DNA of 64,000 nucleotides from Octopus bimaculoides (lineage: Eukaryota): contig NC_068988.1 of assembly GCF_001194135.2 (NCBI RefSeq), positions 47,624,594-47,688,593 on the forward strand. The letters are read 5' to 3'. The translations under genes and the position numbers were made by a program. Below, in pieces: positions 38,105-49,752 of this stretch (its first letter is position 1; the number at the start of each line of letters is the position of its first letter). Under the pieces are notes generated by a model. It was not told the DNA's origin, ran no database searches, and saw nothing but the letters and a program-made list of their open reading frames with translations.

Positions 38105-38279
38105 TGTTGGTAAAAGAACAGTACTTTCGGGGAGGGCATAAATCGGTTACATCGACAGGTACTTATTTATCGACTCCGAAAGGATGATATGCAAAGCTGA
38201 CCTTGGCGGAATTTGAACTCAGTCCGTAAAGACAAATTAAATGCCGTCGTGGTAGCGATTCTGCCAGCTCGCCACCTTA
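38105..38279 (-). mobile_element. SINE family A; its head plus flank is tandemly duplicated (46-bp period, about 38264-38355)
   Basis: CTGCCAGCTCGCCACCTTAA head; CTTAAATTTA.ATATATCTATATTGATGATTG at 38276 and 38322. Confidence 0.85.
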
Positions 38280-38780
38280 AATTTATATATATCTATATTG
38301 ATGATTGCTTTAGCTCGCTATCTTAAATTTACATATATCTATATTGATGATTGTTTTTATATTATGTTATAATGAAAACAAAATTACAATAAACTGAAGG
38401 ATTACACAATACTTTTAGGAGGGTACATAGTATCTATTATTCTTTAACAATGATATAATAAAGTTATTGACAGTAACTTCAAAATTTCGGCATAGAGAGC
38501 TGTTATCATATTACATCATCGTACGTTAAAAATATATCTATATAATTCCATCTGATGACGTAATGTAATAGGTATGTACAATAAATCCTCGTGTTGATTT
38601 ACCACTAAAACTCCGACTTGAACAGCGATTAAAACAAACATTTTTCTTAATCCCTTATTTACTCTAACAAGTCTGCAATTATGTTTCAATTAAAAATTAT
38701 ATGCTCTAAAGGGATACCACATGTTTTGCTTCATTCTTTGTTTCTGACATACATACATACATACATACAAACATACATAC

Positions 38781-39245
38781 AGATCAGTGAAAATGAGAAT
38801 ATCTTCGCTAAACTATTGAGAAATCTGCAGTTACTCTATCCAGACTACAAGTTCAGGTTTATACCTATAATTTTTGGCGCACTGGAATATTTAAAACATT
38901 ACCTAAATACCAATCTTGAGAAATTGGGCTTCTCAAAACCAGAAAGGAGAAAGCTAATGCGAAGACTGCATATCTAAGCCATCACTGGAACAAGAAAAAA
39001 TCTGTAAAACTTTCCAGAAGTTTATCATTTAAATATATATGAGCATGTCTAGATATGTAACTATATGCACGAGAATACATACATAAAAATAACATACAGA
39101 TTTGCGCATATACTTACATACATACAAACATACAAACAAAAGTACCCTGTTGTTGATGAAATTCCAATGAAGAAACTTTGGATCTAGATTAGAAATCGGC
39201 TTTTTGGGGGGCAAGAAATCTTGAAATAAAACTGAATAATGACAT
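38781..39245 (+). mobile_element. R4/Dong-like element, 5'-truncated: RLE C-terminus plus 3' UTR, inside a (CATA)n tract
   Basis: ENIFAKLLRNLQLLYPDYKFRFIPIIFGALEYLKHYLNTNLEKLGFSKPERRKLMRRLHI fits the KY..L...(IPIIIGALG) RLE tail; it continues the frame seen at 10672-10857. Confidence 0.85.
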
Positions 39246-39822
39246 ACATACATACATATATGTTACAGGTTAATTGTGTCATACTCAATAAAATATGCCA
39301 CAACATTTTAAATGCAGTTTTAGTGGGAAAAGAAACTGAAAACCTAGCGGTATTTCTTAGCAACTATCAAAAGAGAAGGGAGATATTTTCAAAGAATTAA
39401 GAGTTATTTCACACACACACACACAGCTAGAATGTTCATGACAGTAACAGACATGTTTCAGTCATACTAAACTTTTGTCATCAAAGTAAAGCCTATTCAA
39501 ACCTATTTCGTTCAGTTTTCATAAATTCTGAAACTAAAACCAAGGGCACGAAATATTTTGATCAGTATATATAATTACGAAAAATTAAGAAACAAAAGGC
39601 AAATCTTACTATTTCATTCACAGTTACTTACAATTTTTATTGAGGACATCGCCATCTATCTTAAAACGAATTATTTCTCTTCGTTTGGTTTTTGTTCAAA
39701 TCTAGTTGTTGATGTATTGTTTTGCAAGTGCAATTTATCAAGTGTAGGAAGAAATGTTTATAACTATTCATATGATTATTAAAAATATATGTAATACATA
39801 CATACATACGTACACACATACA

Positions 39823-40022
39823 CGAGAAGGTTCTGAAAGTTCCTGGCTTCGAATAACAGAAAATACAGTATCATTTGATTACTATTTTATTCAACATAGT
39901 CCCTTTTCAGATTCAAAAACTTATAGGAGTGGTCCTTCAGTTTTTCTAAGCCCTGTAAAAGAACTCAGAAGGCTAGGATTCAAACCATGACTTTCGTGTC
40001 AGAAACTTTTCAGCACCCTTCG
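39823..40022. mobile_element. mariner-type MITE
   Basis: Termini CGAGAAGGTTCTGAAAGTTCCTGG ... CAGAAACTTTTCAGCACCCTTCG-TA. Confidence 0.8.
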
Positions 40023-40046
40023 TATACATACTTATATATATGTATG

Positions 40047-40091
<45 letters not shown>

Positions 40092-40469
40092 ACATATATA
40101 TATATATATATATATATCTTATGGATGTGTGTCTGACGTCTGGATGAGTGTATGCAAGTGAACATCAATTGGTATTAAGCATTAGATGTGCCAGCCAAAC
40201 AGAAATAAAACAGGAAGGGATTCAATCCTATCATCACACGATATGTTACTATATTTATTGTCAAATCATGTTTCTTTTTGCTAAAGATTTTCTCTCACTA
40301 AAGGTACAATAAAAAATGCCTTATAAAATACATATATATTCCCATCCTCAATTACCCAATAGACTAGAACACTCTATCAGATCTTCTAAAGGTGTCATGC
40401 TTAACAAAACCATCTATAACCACAACTATGGCGATAGATGTAACTCTACCACCACTTCTTGTTGAGCCT

Positions 40470-40820
40470 TAAACTCCGAATGTATATCAAAGAATGTAGT
40501 CTACCAATGCAAAATCCAAACTGCCAATTCGACAAAAATGTCCATCCATCAGACAGCAAACAACGTCAAAATTCGATAGAACTGTCACACAATTACATTC
40601 AGGCATGAATCAAGTCGTAAGACGACATCACACTTTACATAAGTCTGGAATTTAAAGCACAGGAATACTCCCTATAATTTATATTGGAAAATTATTACGA
40701 TTGCTATTACCAGAGCTGATTCTTCTACTGAGAACTGACAAAATTTAGTAACAACCAGTCAGAAGCATTCGAAGTTCTGTATCTTAAAAGTCACTCTGCT
40801 AAATAAACAATGAAAATTTA
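40470..40820 (+). mobile_element. Penelope-like GIY-YIG endonuclease fragment, pseudogenised
   Basis: VYQCKIQT...NCHTITFRHESSRKTT...VWNLKHRNTPYNLYWKII...TLLNKQ, with in-frame stops; matches PLE EN motifs VY..YIG..H..SFRH..IW.LK..W.I..LNKR. Confidence 0.75.
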
Positions 40821-41356
40821 TTTTCATATACATGATCTTCAGAAATTTTGAACATTCAAGTTTGGAAGTACCCATTGTTACGATCAGACAAATTAATAAT
40901 GTAAGAAAAAGGGGTAAACTTCTGATCGCAACAACAAAGTGTTCAAACAGGGAAGTAAATGTTCATATATGGAGATTATGTCCAGTCTCAATGGTTTGAA
41001 GGTAGGTGGTGAATGGTCCGACTCGTTCTGGTTCTATCCGTGCCAAGCTCCAGCTGTCTTCCCCCACTCCCCTTTTTAACAGGAAGTACGAGATTACCTG
41101 CCTTGCTCGTTAACAGGAAGTGAACGAGGTTACCTGTCTCGTACTATGCTAACTTCTTGTATATATATTTGGTTATTCATACCGACGTTGTTTATCTTCT
41201 GCCAAACGGTCGTTGACAAACGTTTATCTCGCCACCTTCGGAAAATATAGGGTAAGTTCTCACCCTTCATTATCTTATAGGTATACACAACACCATAACA
41301 AGAACATCTCTACCATACTGAAATCATAATTTAAGCACCTTTAAATTACAAATATA

Positions 41357-41559
41357 CGAGTGGGTACTGTAAAGTTCTTGGCTTTGGATAAAAAAAAATA
41401 CAGGAGGATCAGTTAATGACAATTTTATAGAACATTCCCCATTCAGATTCATACACTTATTGCAACAGTTCTTCGGGTTTTCTAAGCTCTGTAAAAGAAC
41501 TCAGAAGGTTGGGTTTCCACCATGCCTGCGATACCCAAGAACTTATCAGCACCATCTCG
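41357..41559. mobile_element. mariner-type MITE, same family as 39823-40022
   Basis: TA-CGAGTGGGTACTGTAAAGTTCTTGGC ... CAAGAACTTATCAGCACCATCTCG-TA; shared interior TTTCTAAGC.CTGTAAAAGAACTCAGAAGG. Confidence 0.85.
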
Positions 41560-41789
41560 TATGTTCCCATATTTGCACTACCAATGCTTCTGTCATACCT
41601 AGAATTTTACTCATTTACTATCTATCCCCTGTATTTTTATTCCGTGTCAATTTTACACACAAAGGTTTTCTCAATTTATCTGTAAGTTATCATATTTCGA
41701 AACCACGAACACACGCACTACTCTTTTTATCCTAGATTTTTTTGGTTATTAGGTTTTCTTCCTCTCTTCACTTATATATATATATTATC

Positions 41790-42170
41790 TTTTACCTGTT
41801 TCAGTTCAGAGACTGCGGCCAAGCTGGGATAGTACCTTGAAGAATTTTTAGTCAGATGAATCGACCCCAGTACTTTTTTTTTATTTTAAAGCCTGGTGTT
41901 TATTCAACCGGTCTCTTTTGCTGAATTGATAAATTATGGCGATGTAAACACACCAACACCTGTTGTGAAGTGGTGGGGTGACAAACACATACACATATAT
42001 CTATAAATATGTATATACGATGGGCTTCTTTCTGTTTCCGTCTACCAAATCCACTCACAAGGCTTTGGTTGGCCCGAAACTATAGTAAAAGACGTATTCC
42101 CAAGGTGCCACGCAGTGGGACTGAACCTGGAACCATGTGGCTGGAAGCAAGCTTCCTAGTACACAGCCAG
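41790..42170 (-). mobile_element. SINE family C, near full length
   Basis: Reverse complement of 47677-48010, including the CCTTGGG...GTCTT CORE-like segment. Confidence 0.88.
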
Positions 42171-42819
42171 TACTATTTGTTTCTAATTACGTGTGTTTTT
42201 TTAATTTCAATTTTTAGTAGTTATTATCAATTTTATGCGTCATCATCACATTTCTTTTCCTTTTGTTCTTATGTTTCATTATTAATATTATTATTTGTTG
42301 TAGCTCTTGATGGTATTCTTCTTGTATGTACGAGGGGAAGATGTTGATTTGGAGCGCGTAAGTTCTTTTCTTTTGAACGAAGTCATTTTTTATTTTGATT
42401 CTATCATTTTGATACTAATCTATGAAGTATCCTCCAAGGTTAGTCGGCTTTGTAAAATATTTGTTCCTTTTGGGCGAATTTTGAAAGTTTTCAACAACAA
42501 AGTTAGATACTTAAAAAACAAATTTATTGTATATGGCTTCTACTACTAAGGCATTGGGTCGGTATAATTTTTAGCAAGTCAGAGAGAATATTTACCAACA
42601 TTTCTTCCAGCTATCTAGGTTTTGAGTTCAAACTCCAATGAGGTTTACTTTGTTTCAGACCTTTCAAGTTCGCTGAAATAAGCATCAGTCAAGCGCTGAT
42701 GCAATTGGCTAATTCCCAATTACTGAACTCATGCCAAAATTTGATACCACTACTATTGTCGTTGTTGTTGTTGTTGTCTTTGTTTGTCTTTGGCTTTAGG
42801 TGCTATGCCAGTTCATTCT

Positions 42820-43640
42820 GCTGAATAAGAAGTCACATCCCACGCACTTTGGTATCCAGCTCCTTTCTTAAGCTTCTTATCCCTAATAAAAGATATTTTG
42901 CAAAACAGAGAAGTTTATGTTACAAGTAAGATATTGCTCGGAATTTTCAAAATTTCTGCCTACGATACCGAATGCACCGATAACAAACAGCACATCTTTT
43001 ACACTCTTACATTCCCACAGCCGCCCAATCTTGTATCTGAAATAATTATTCTTATCAATCTTTTCCTGTACTTCCTCTTACACACTGGTATCAAAGAGTC
43101 ATGCTATAGCCACCATTATACATTCACGAGATGTTTTGTGCATGATAACGATGTCAGAATGAAAGTGTTCCATGACTTTATTTTTCTACAGTTTACAGTC
43201 ACATAGGATCTCTGTACGTCTTTTCATTCTCCAGTACCATTTCTAGCTTCTGGTCATCCCACTTTTCGGAAGAAGCGAAGTTGTACTTCTTACAGATTTC
43301 CCAGTGCACAACATTCGCCACCCTATCATGTCTCCAATACATATACCCTTTCTGTGCTCCTTTTAGACATTTTGAAACTATGTGTACAATTGTTTCTTCT
43401 CTTTCACCGCACATTCTACACTTCCCATCAATATTTTCTTCATCAATGAATTTCCTGATGTTTTCCGTTCGCAATGCTTCCTTCTATACAGCCATAATCA
43501 TTTCTTTATTACAACCTTCACTATCTTTTTTGACATTTCTTACGTTAAATTTAACTAAGCTCAAAATTATTTCACCCACATATATCTTCTTAAACGAAAA
43601 AAATTTATTTCGTATTTTTCAAATTCACTTTATTTCAAAC
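42820..43640 (-). mobile_element. R4/Dong-like element (second lineage): CCHC knuckle, RHD and RLE, decayed
   Basis: KCRMCGEREETIVHIVSKC...WRHDRVANVVHWEICKKY, then SDIVIMHKTSRECIMV...EKIDK...FVIGAFGIVG. Confidence 0.9.
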
Positions 43641-44329
43641 ACATAGTCTTTCTATCCTTATAATTAAACTGATATTACCACATGTAATGTGCAGAAAGTA
43701 GTTTTCATTTCGAACAATATTATAATCCTCACCCCCACCCCCAACACACTACAACAGTCGAGACAGATTGCTTATGAATATTGAGTTCTAACACTGGGTT
43801 ATTAGTATCGCTATAATTAAACAAAACACCTATGTTTATATGTGTGTGTATATGTTTGCGCGCGTTTGTATGCGTGTGTGTGATTGGCAAAACTCTATCC
43901 TTTAAGTCAAAAAACTTCTTGGGCTCTGTAGTTATCTGTATTGTTTGGAGTGAGCAATCATGCATGCTTGTGTGTATGTCAATAAACTGGCACTCGTGCA
44001 GAGGGTTACGCATATGCTTCGTTACTCTTTATGTGTATCAATTCTCTATGTGTATGTGGTTCGTGCGTATTTACATCGCTGGAACCTCAAAGAGAAGTTT
44101 TACAAATTTTCATGTACCTCTAACTGATGTATTTAGATAATCGAATCAGTTTCTTTGTTCACTTTTGAAGATACCCAGTATGTTTATGCAGATCAATTGT
44201 TATTTAACCCAGCGCCTATATTATAATAGAAACAGAAAATACATACCACCTTGATATAAGAGCTGTAATTTTTTTTTATTAATATTTCATAGCTACCAAA
44301 AAGCAGATGTCTACAGCGGTTCCTTGGAC

Positions 44330-44800
44330 TTTACTTCCCATTTCCTACAACATTATCTGACCTACTGTTCTTACAATACGTTGTTGTTTACTTTAATATT
44401 CCGCCAGTATTACCTTTTAAAGATGTGGATATACTTTGGTTCTTGTGTGCCTTCGCTATGGCCGTCACGACAATCTTTCCCGCCGCTATGTTGTGTCTTG
44501 AGTAAAGATTATATCTTGCAAATATTTTTGAATATCTGTTGTTGTGGGTGATATCTTCCGCATTATTATGGCTATCTCGACATTTTCGATCATGAAACAG
44601 GGGTCTAGAGGCATGCTAATCTCTCTTTTTGGTCAGATAATTAGTAGTTGTCTTCTTAGTTTAGACAAGAAAGACGGAGCTTTCTAAGTGAGATATGATC
44701 GGTTCCAACAAAGGAAAAGATTCGTGTCGTTATTGCAAGAATTTTCTAACTTGCATGCATGTTTCCATACATAACCTTCTGTTGTTAAAATGAGTATTTC
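44330..44800 (-). mobile_element. R4/Dong-like CCHC/RLE fragment, heavily decayed
   Basis: EDITH...ARYNLYSRHNIAA and YWRNIKVN..CKNSRSDNVV parallel the 10.5-10.8 kb copy. Confidence 0.6.
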
Positions 44801-44845
44801 TCCTTCAAGTTAATATATATGAATGCATCTATGCATGCATGCATC

Positions 44846-44945
44846 AATGTATTATGTATGTATGTATGTATGTATGTATGTATGTATGTATGTATGTATG
44901 TAGGTAGGTAGGTAGGTAGGTAGGTAGGTAGGTATGTAGGTAGGC
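44846..44945. repeat. (TATG)n(TAGG)n microsatellite
   Basis: Direct inspection. Confidence 0.95.
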
Positions 44946-45911
44946 CTGCATGCATGCCGGCAAGTATATGTACATAAATATTTATGTGTATGAGTATATA
45001 ATGCTCTTTCTTTGATGTCTGAAATATGATCAACATGTTGAAGATTCAGTTGAGATTTTGACAAAGGATATAAATGGCTATTTGTAAGATTAGTGTTGTT
45101 TACAAATCTCTGTACTTCCAGAGAAAAATATATCCACGAACTTGTTACAAAGTGTCAGTACATTAGACGTAATTATTTTGATTCGTGCAATAATATTTAA
45201 TCGATTTTAACTTTTTAAATTACTTATATTTTTGTGATCTATTTATTTATTTGTTTGAAAATTAGATATATAAATACATTATCCAGAATATTGACAGTAT
45301 AAATGGAAAGTGATATCTTCAAAACTTTAGCTATTTTCTATTTTATTTCATTTGTACAAGAAAATAAGAAAAGTTTACAAGAAAACAATTATGATAAATA
45401 TATGTATATGTATATATGTATGTNNNNNNNNNNNNNNNNNNNNNNNNNNNNNNNNNNNNNNNNNNNNAACTGATATAATTTCTGGGAGTAACATTTACTG
45501 TGAAGTTTCCTTTTCGTATTTTTCGAGATTTAGTTTAAGTAAGTACGGTAGCTAAATATATCAAACGAATATTTCAATTAGTTGAATATCCTACCACACT
45601 CAAAGCTATTACCGGTCCAAATATTCCTGGGACATATTCGAACCCAAAAGAAAGCCATTCATTTTGTTTTGTCATGGAGAAAATTTTCTCACTGTAGACA
45701 GATGGTGTAAATACACCTAAAATCAGCTTCCAGCGCCACCTACCCGGACTGTGAGGCGCAAACATTTTGGAGCGGTTATCTCCTCTTCAGTCACAGTAAC
45801 CAGACTGTTATGCGCAGCGAGCTCGTAGGAGAGATTGTCTCTCTCATAATATTCCAGTCATCGTATAATAACTGCTAGCGTTAATCAACGGCTCACCATA
45901 AATAAATTACG

Positions 45912-46018
45912 GGGTACCAGCGCTAAACAGTGATGTGTATAAATACAAGGTTACTACCAGTTTAAATATGTTGGTGCATATTTGTATTTATACACACCAC
46001 TGCTTAGTGCTGCCACCC
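45912..46018. repeat. Short inverted repeat: core arms 45919-45948 and 45982-46011, 33-nt loop
   Basis: AGCGCTAAACAGTGATGTGTATAAATACAA versus reverse complement AGCACTAAGCAGTGGTGTGTATAAATACAA (27/30). Confidence 0.9.
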
Positions 46019-46517
46019 ACTGATACACCCATTCACAAACATTTATATTGTGTATGGTGAGGCAAGCTTACTTTTGCTTACCATGTTTTAGAACACGTTT
46101 GAGGCTGTGACGCCTACGTAAATTGTGAGCAGGTATAGACATAATGTTTTACCACATTGAGATATAACGTTGTAAACTTTTAAATTAATGAAGTAACTCC
46201 TAACCTGAAATCATAGCCCCTTGGCATTTCACAAATAAATTACTGTGAAATTATGAGCTGAAAAAAAGATTGTTGAGTGGACTAACTTTTTAGCTTGTGA
46301 TTCATTAGGAAACTTCATTGAAAGAAAGCTGTCCTTGAGGGCGAATATGACTTGGGACTACTGGGCAAGATCTATTGAAAATAAAATAAACCACCGTACA
46401 TGAAAATCGTCTGATACTCCGAGGGATAGACGTAAAGGATAAATACTTGATACACTTTATTTAGCTCAGTAGCTTCTCTTTATAGTATAGCAATTTTAAT
46501 ACTTACTTATATTATAG

Positions 46518-46940
46518 GGGTGAGCTGGCAGAATCATTAACGCGTTAATGAGGCGGCGAGCTGGCAGAAACGTTAGCACGTCAGGCGAAATGCTTAGCGG
46601 TATTTTATCTGCCGTTACGTTCTGAGTTAAAATTCCGCCGAGGTCGACTTTGCCTTTCCTCTTTTCGGGGTCGATAAATCCCTTTGTCTGTCCTTGTTTG
46701 TCCCCTCTGTGTTTAGCCCCTAGTGGGCAATAAAGAAATAAGAATCATTAACGCGTTATACAAACCCCTTAGCGGCACTTTTGGTTCCTTGTATTCTGAA
46801 TTCAAATTCCCCTAAGGCTAACATTGCCCTTCAACCCTTTGTGCTCGATAAAAAGAGTACCAGTTGAGCATCGAGGTCGATGAAGTCGACTAACGTCTTC
46901 CCCATAAAACTACTGACCTTTTGACAAAATTCGAAGCCTA
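46518..46940 (+). mobile_element. Old SINE-A interrupted by a younger SINE-A (about 46550-46740)
   Basis: Perfect 18-bp TSD AGAATCATTAACGCGTTA at 46530-46547 and 46741-46758. Confidence 0.93.
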
Positions 46941-47601
46941 TCTTATATTATGGTGGAGAGAGAGCAATTAATAATTTTAATCTTTGTACTTGCATGATAT
47001 TTATTTTATTGACCGTAGAAAGATAAATAGCAGAGTTTATTAGAAGTGTTAATGGTTGTATGCTAATGCAACTAAATATTCATACATTTAGTCTTTCTCT
47101 CAACCAATTCTGTTAACCTGCCACCCAGCATTATAGTAATAACGATGGCAATGTCTGTGGTATAAATCCATTCATACGCTGGTATAAAGTACAGGTGCAT
47201 ATAAATGTTTATATAGAAAAGGATTATAGTTGACTAAATCTTATAAGTACCGGTAAATCCTTGGCACTTACACAGATCTATTCGACACAGTACTTGACTA
47301 TTTCATTTTACACACACACACACACACACACGCGCACACACACACTTATACTGGTATTGATGCTGCAACATTCGAAATCTAACCGAAGAGAGCTAATCAA
47401 ATTTACGTTAACAAATGTAATTTGGAAAGTTCGAAGTCTAGGTCCTAGATTATCTTCATTCTTCCTACAGGTAGGATGAAATTTTTTATGCTCGCCACCC
47501 GCAAACATCTTTGCCAGTATATATATGTACATTCAGTGAAGCTTTCCTATAGCGTCGAATATTATCCATTGCTATTCCAGTAAATATTGGTGTACCACTA
47601 T

Positions 47602-47658
<57 letters not shown>

Positions 47659-47676
47659 TTATCTATCTATATATAA

Positions 47677-48010
47677 GGCGCTGGAGTAGCTGTGTAGTTT
47701 GCTTCCCAGCCACATGGTTCCGGTTTCAGTCCCACTGCGTGGCACCTTGGGCAAGTGTATTCTGCTATAGCCTCGGGCCGACCAAAGCCTTGTGAGTGGA
47801 CATGTGACGGAAACTGAAAGAAGCGCGTCACGGCTGTATGTATTTGTGTGCCTGTGTTTGTCTCACTGCCTTCGGTTCAGCAAAAGACACCGATAGAATA
47901 AGTACTAGGTTTAAAAAGAATAAGTCCTGAGGTCAATTTCTTCGACTAAAGGCAGTGCTCCAGCATGGCCGCAGTCAAATGACTGAAGCAAGTAAAAGAA
48001 TAGAAGAATA
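47677..48010 (+). mobile_element. SINE family C, full length
   Basis: tRNA-like head, GCACCTTGGGCAAGTG CORE-like segment, tail GACTGAAGCAAGTAAAAGA; flanked by ATATATAA. Confidence 0.9.
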
Positions 48011-48305
48011 TATATAAAGTCATAATGAGTTAGTTCCATTTAAGTAAAGAAAAAAAACTTAATAAATTATATGTTTCAAGTCAAAAACGATGTCAACCTC
48101 TCAGGTGTCTTTCGAAATATCTCAACATTTATACACAATATTTTTAGTCAGCTGTCTCAACACGAATGTCTTACATCTACTCCGGAGCGACGTCTTCTCT
48201 TAATACGTCGAATACATCTAAGCCTTGTAACGCTCTCCTAACTACTCGAATGACCAGCAACGCTTCAGCCATATTTCCTCTTACATCGAGGACATATGTC
48301 TAAAT

Positions 48306-48460
48306 TGTATCAGGACAATTACTCCCCACAAAACAATTTCCCCCGACGACAACTACCCTTAGGACAATTACCACCCTTGATTAATTACCCCCTCTCCAAT
48401 ATATTAAGAAGTTTTAAATCATCATTTGTTATCCTCAGGGGTAATTTTCCTTGGGGAGAG
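48306..48460. mobile_element. MITE-like remnant with short subterminal repeats
   Basis: GGACAATTAC.CC and variants repeated about 4 times on the left; inverted GGGGTAATTTTCC on the right. Confidence 0.45.
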
Positions 48461-48559
48461 TGTGTATTTTCTATGGAGGTAAATGTCCTCGACTCATCTA
48501 AATTCTAAATACATTTCTCTTTGAAGTCATCGTTGTCGATGTCTTTAACATCCACAACT

Positions 48560-48830
48560 CTTCGTAACAGTATCACTCATCTCATACCGTTGCCATCGTT
48601 ATAGAAGCCGATATTTTGCAATGTTTACCATTGTTCTTCAATTCAACTCATTACCTACACACATCCCAAATTGTCGTTCAGACAGCCCGATCAGCATGGA
48701 TCTCTTTTTCACCTTCAAGACTGTAGAAAACTATATATCCATTGCATCTGTTGGATCATTTGACTACCGTCTCATTGCAACAACTCAGCGTACAGCAACA
48801 TTTATCACAATACTCTATACGAGGTATCTG
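48560..48830 (+). mobile_element. LINE APE endonuclease C-terminal fragment (L2/CR1 group)
   Basis: PTHIPNCRSDSPISMDLFFT...VGSFDYRLI resembles PTR.P...LDLFLT...LGSSDH.LI. Confidence 0.6.
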
Positions 48831-49462
48831 AGATAAGGTGTTTAATGATATGTCAGAGTGCTTATTATGAGTATGGCTATAACTTAGTATTTCATTACAT
48901 TTATGTTACCGGTAATAAAGGTAGTTAGAGGTAATAAACGCAGGGTAACTTCCAGACAATCGACTTTTGTGAGATGAGCATTAATGGTTATCCAGAAACC
49001 TAAATTCTTTAAAAGTTTGAGGGCTTAAGGCAATTACCGATAAAAACAGATGCAAATTTTACCAGTTTGACATTAGTTGCAAATACTCATCGGTTACTTT
49101 AGCCATTTTAATGAAAACCATAAATTACAGTAAATCCATCACGAACATTACGAGAAAGAAGCGAACGTCATTTTGTATGCTCGAAAGACGTTTGTCAAAT
49201 AAAACCATAACTTATGGATCAATAAGAAATCCAAAGACACTTTCGGTGTGATTAGGTGTACCCGGCATTTCACGGACACCAATGACGCCATTAACATCTA
49301 CATAGGGCAAAAAGATGTTAACCTAATATACTGAGAATCAAAGGTGGTCTTTATCGAGATGACGGCATTTTAATTCTGTAAATGATAATCCACGCACAAC
49401 TAAGGAACTCAGAATATTTTTGTGCACGTGCGTTTGTGGGTGTGAGGTCGTTTGTACATGTA

Positions 49463-49588
49463 TATGATATCTCGTTCAGTCATATACATTTAAAACTTAT
49501 ATTACTGGTTGTGTGTGTGTGTGTGTATGATATCTCGTTCAGTCATATACATTTAAAACTTATATTAATGGTGTGTGTGTGTGTGTAT
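49463..49588 (+). repeat. Tandem duplication, 63-bp period
   Basis: TATGATATCTCGTTCAGTCATATACATTTAAAACTTATATTA at 49463 and 49526. Confidence 0.95.
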
Positions 49589-49705
49589 CTGTATCAGTGT
49601 GTATTTATATCTATGTGAGTACATGTATATACATATGCTATGTACACACACGTGCACACACAAGCACACACAGCACGCACACACATACGCACACACATAC
49701 GCACG

Positions 49706-49752
<47 letters not shown>

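Noticed and set aside
39145-39205. Hammerhead-like words (CAATGAAG...AGAAATCGG) in the R4-like 3' UTR
   Set aside because: The core lacks CTGA and GAAAC here and the stems are not supported in this copy.
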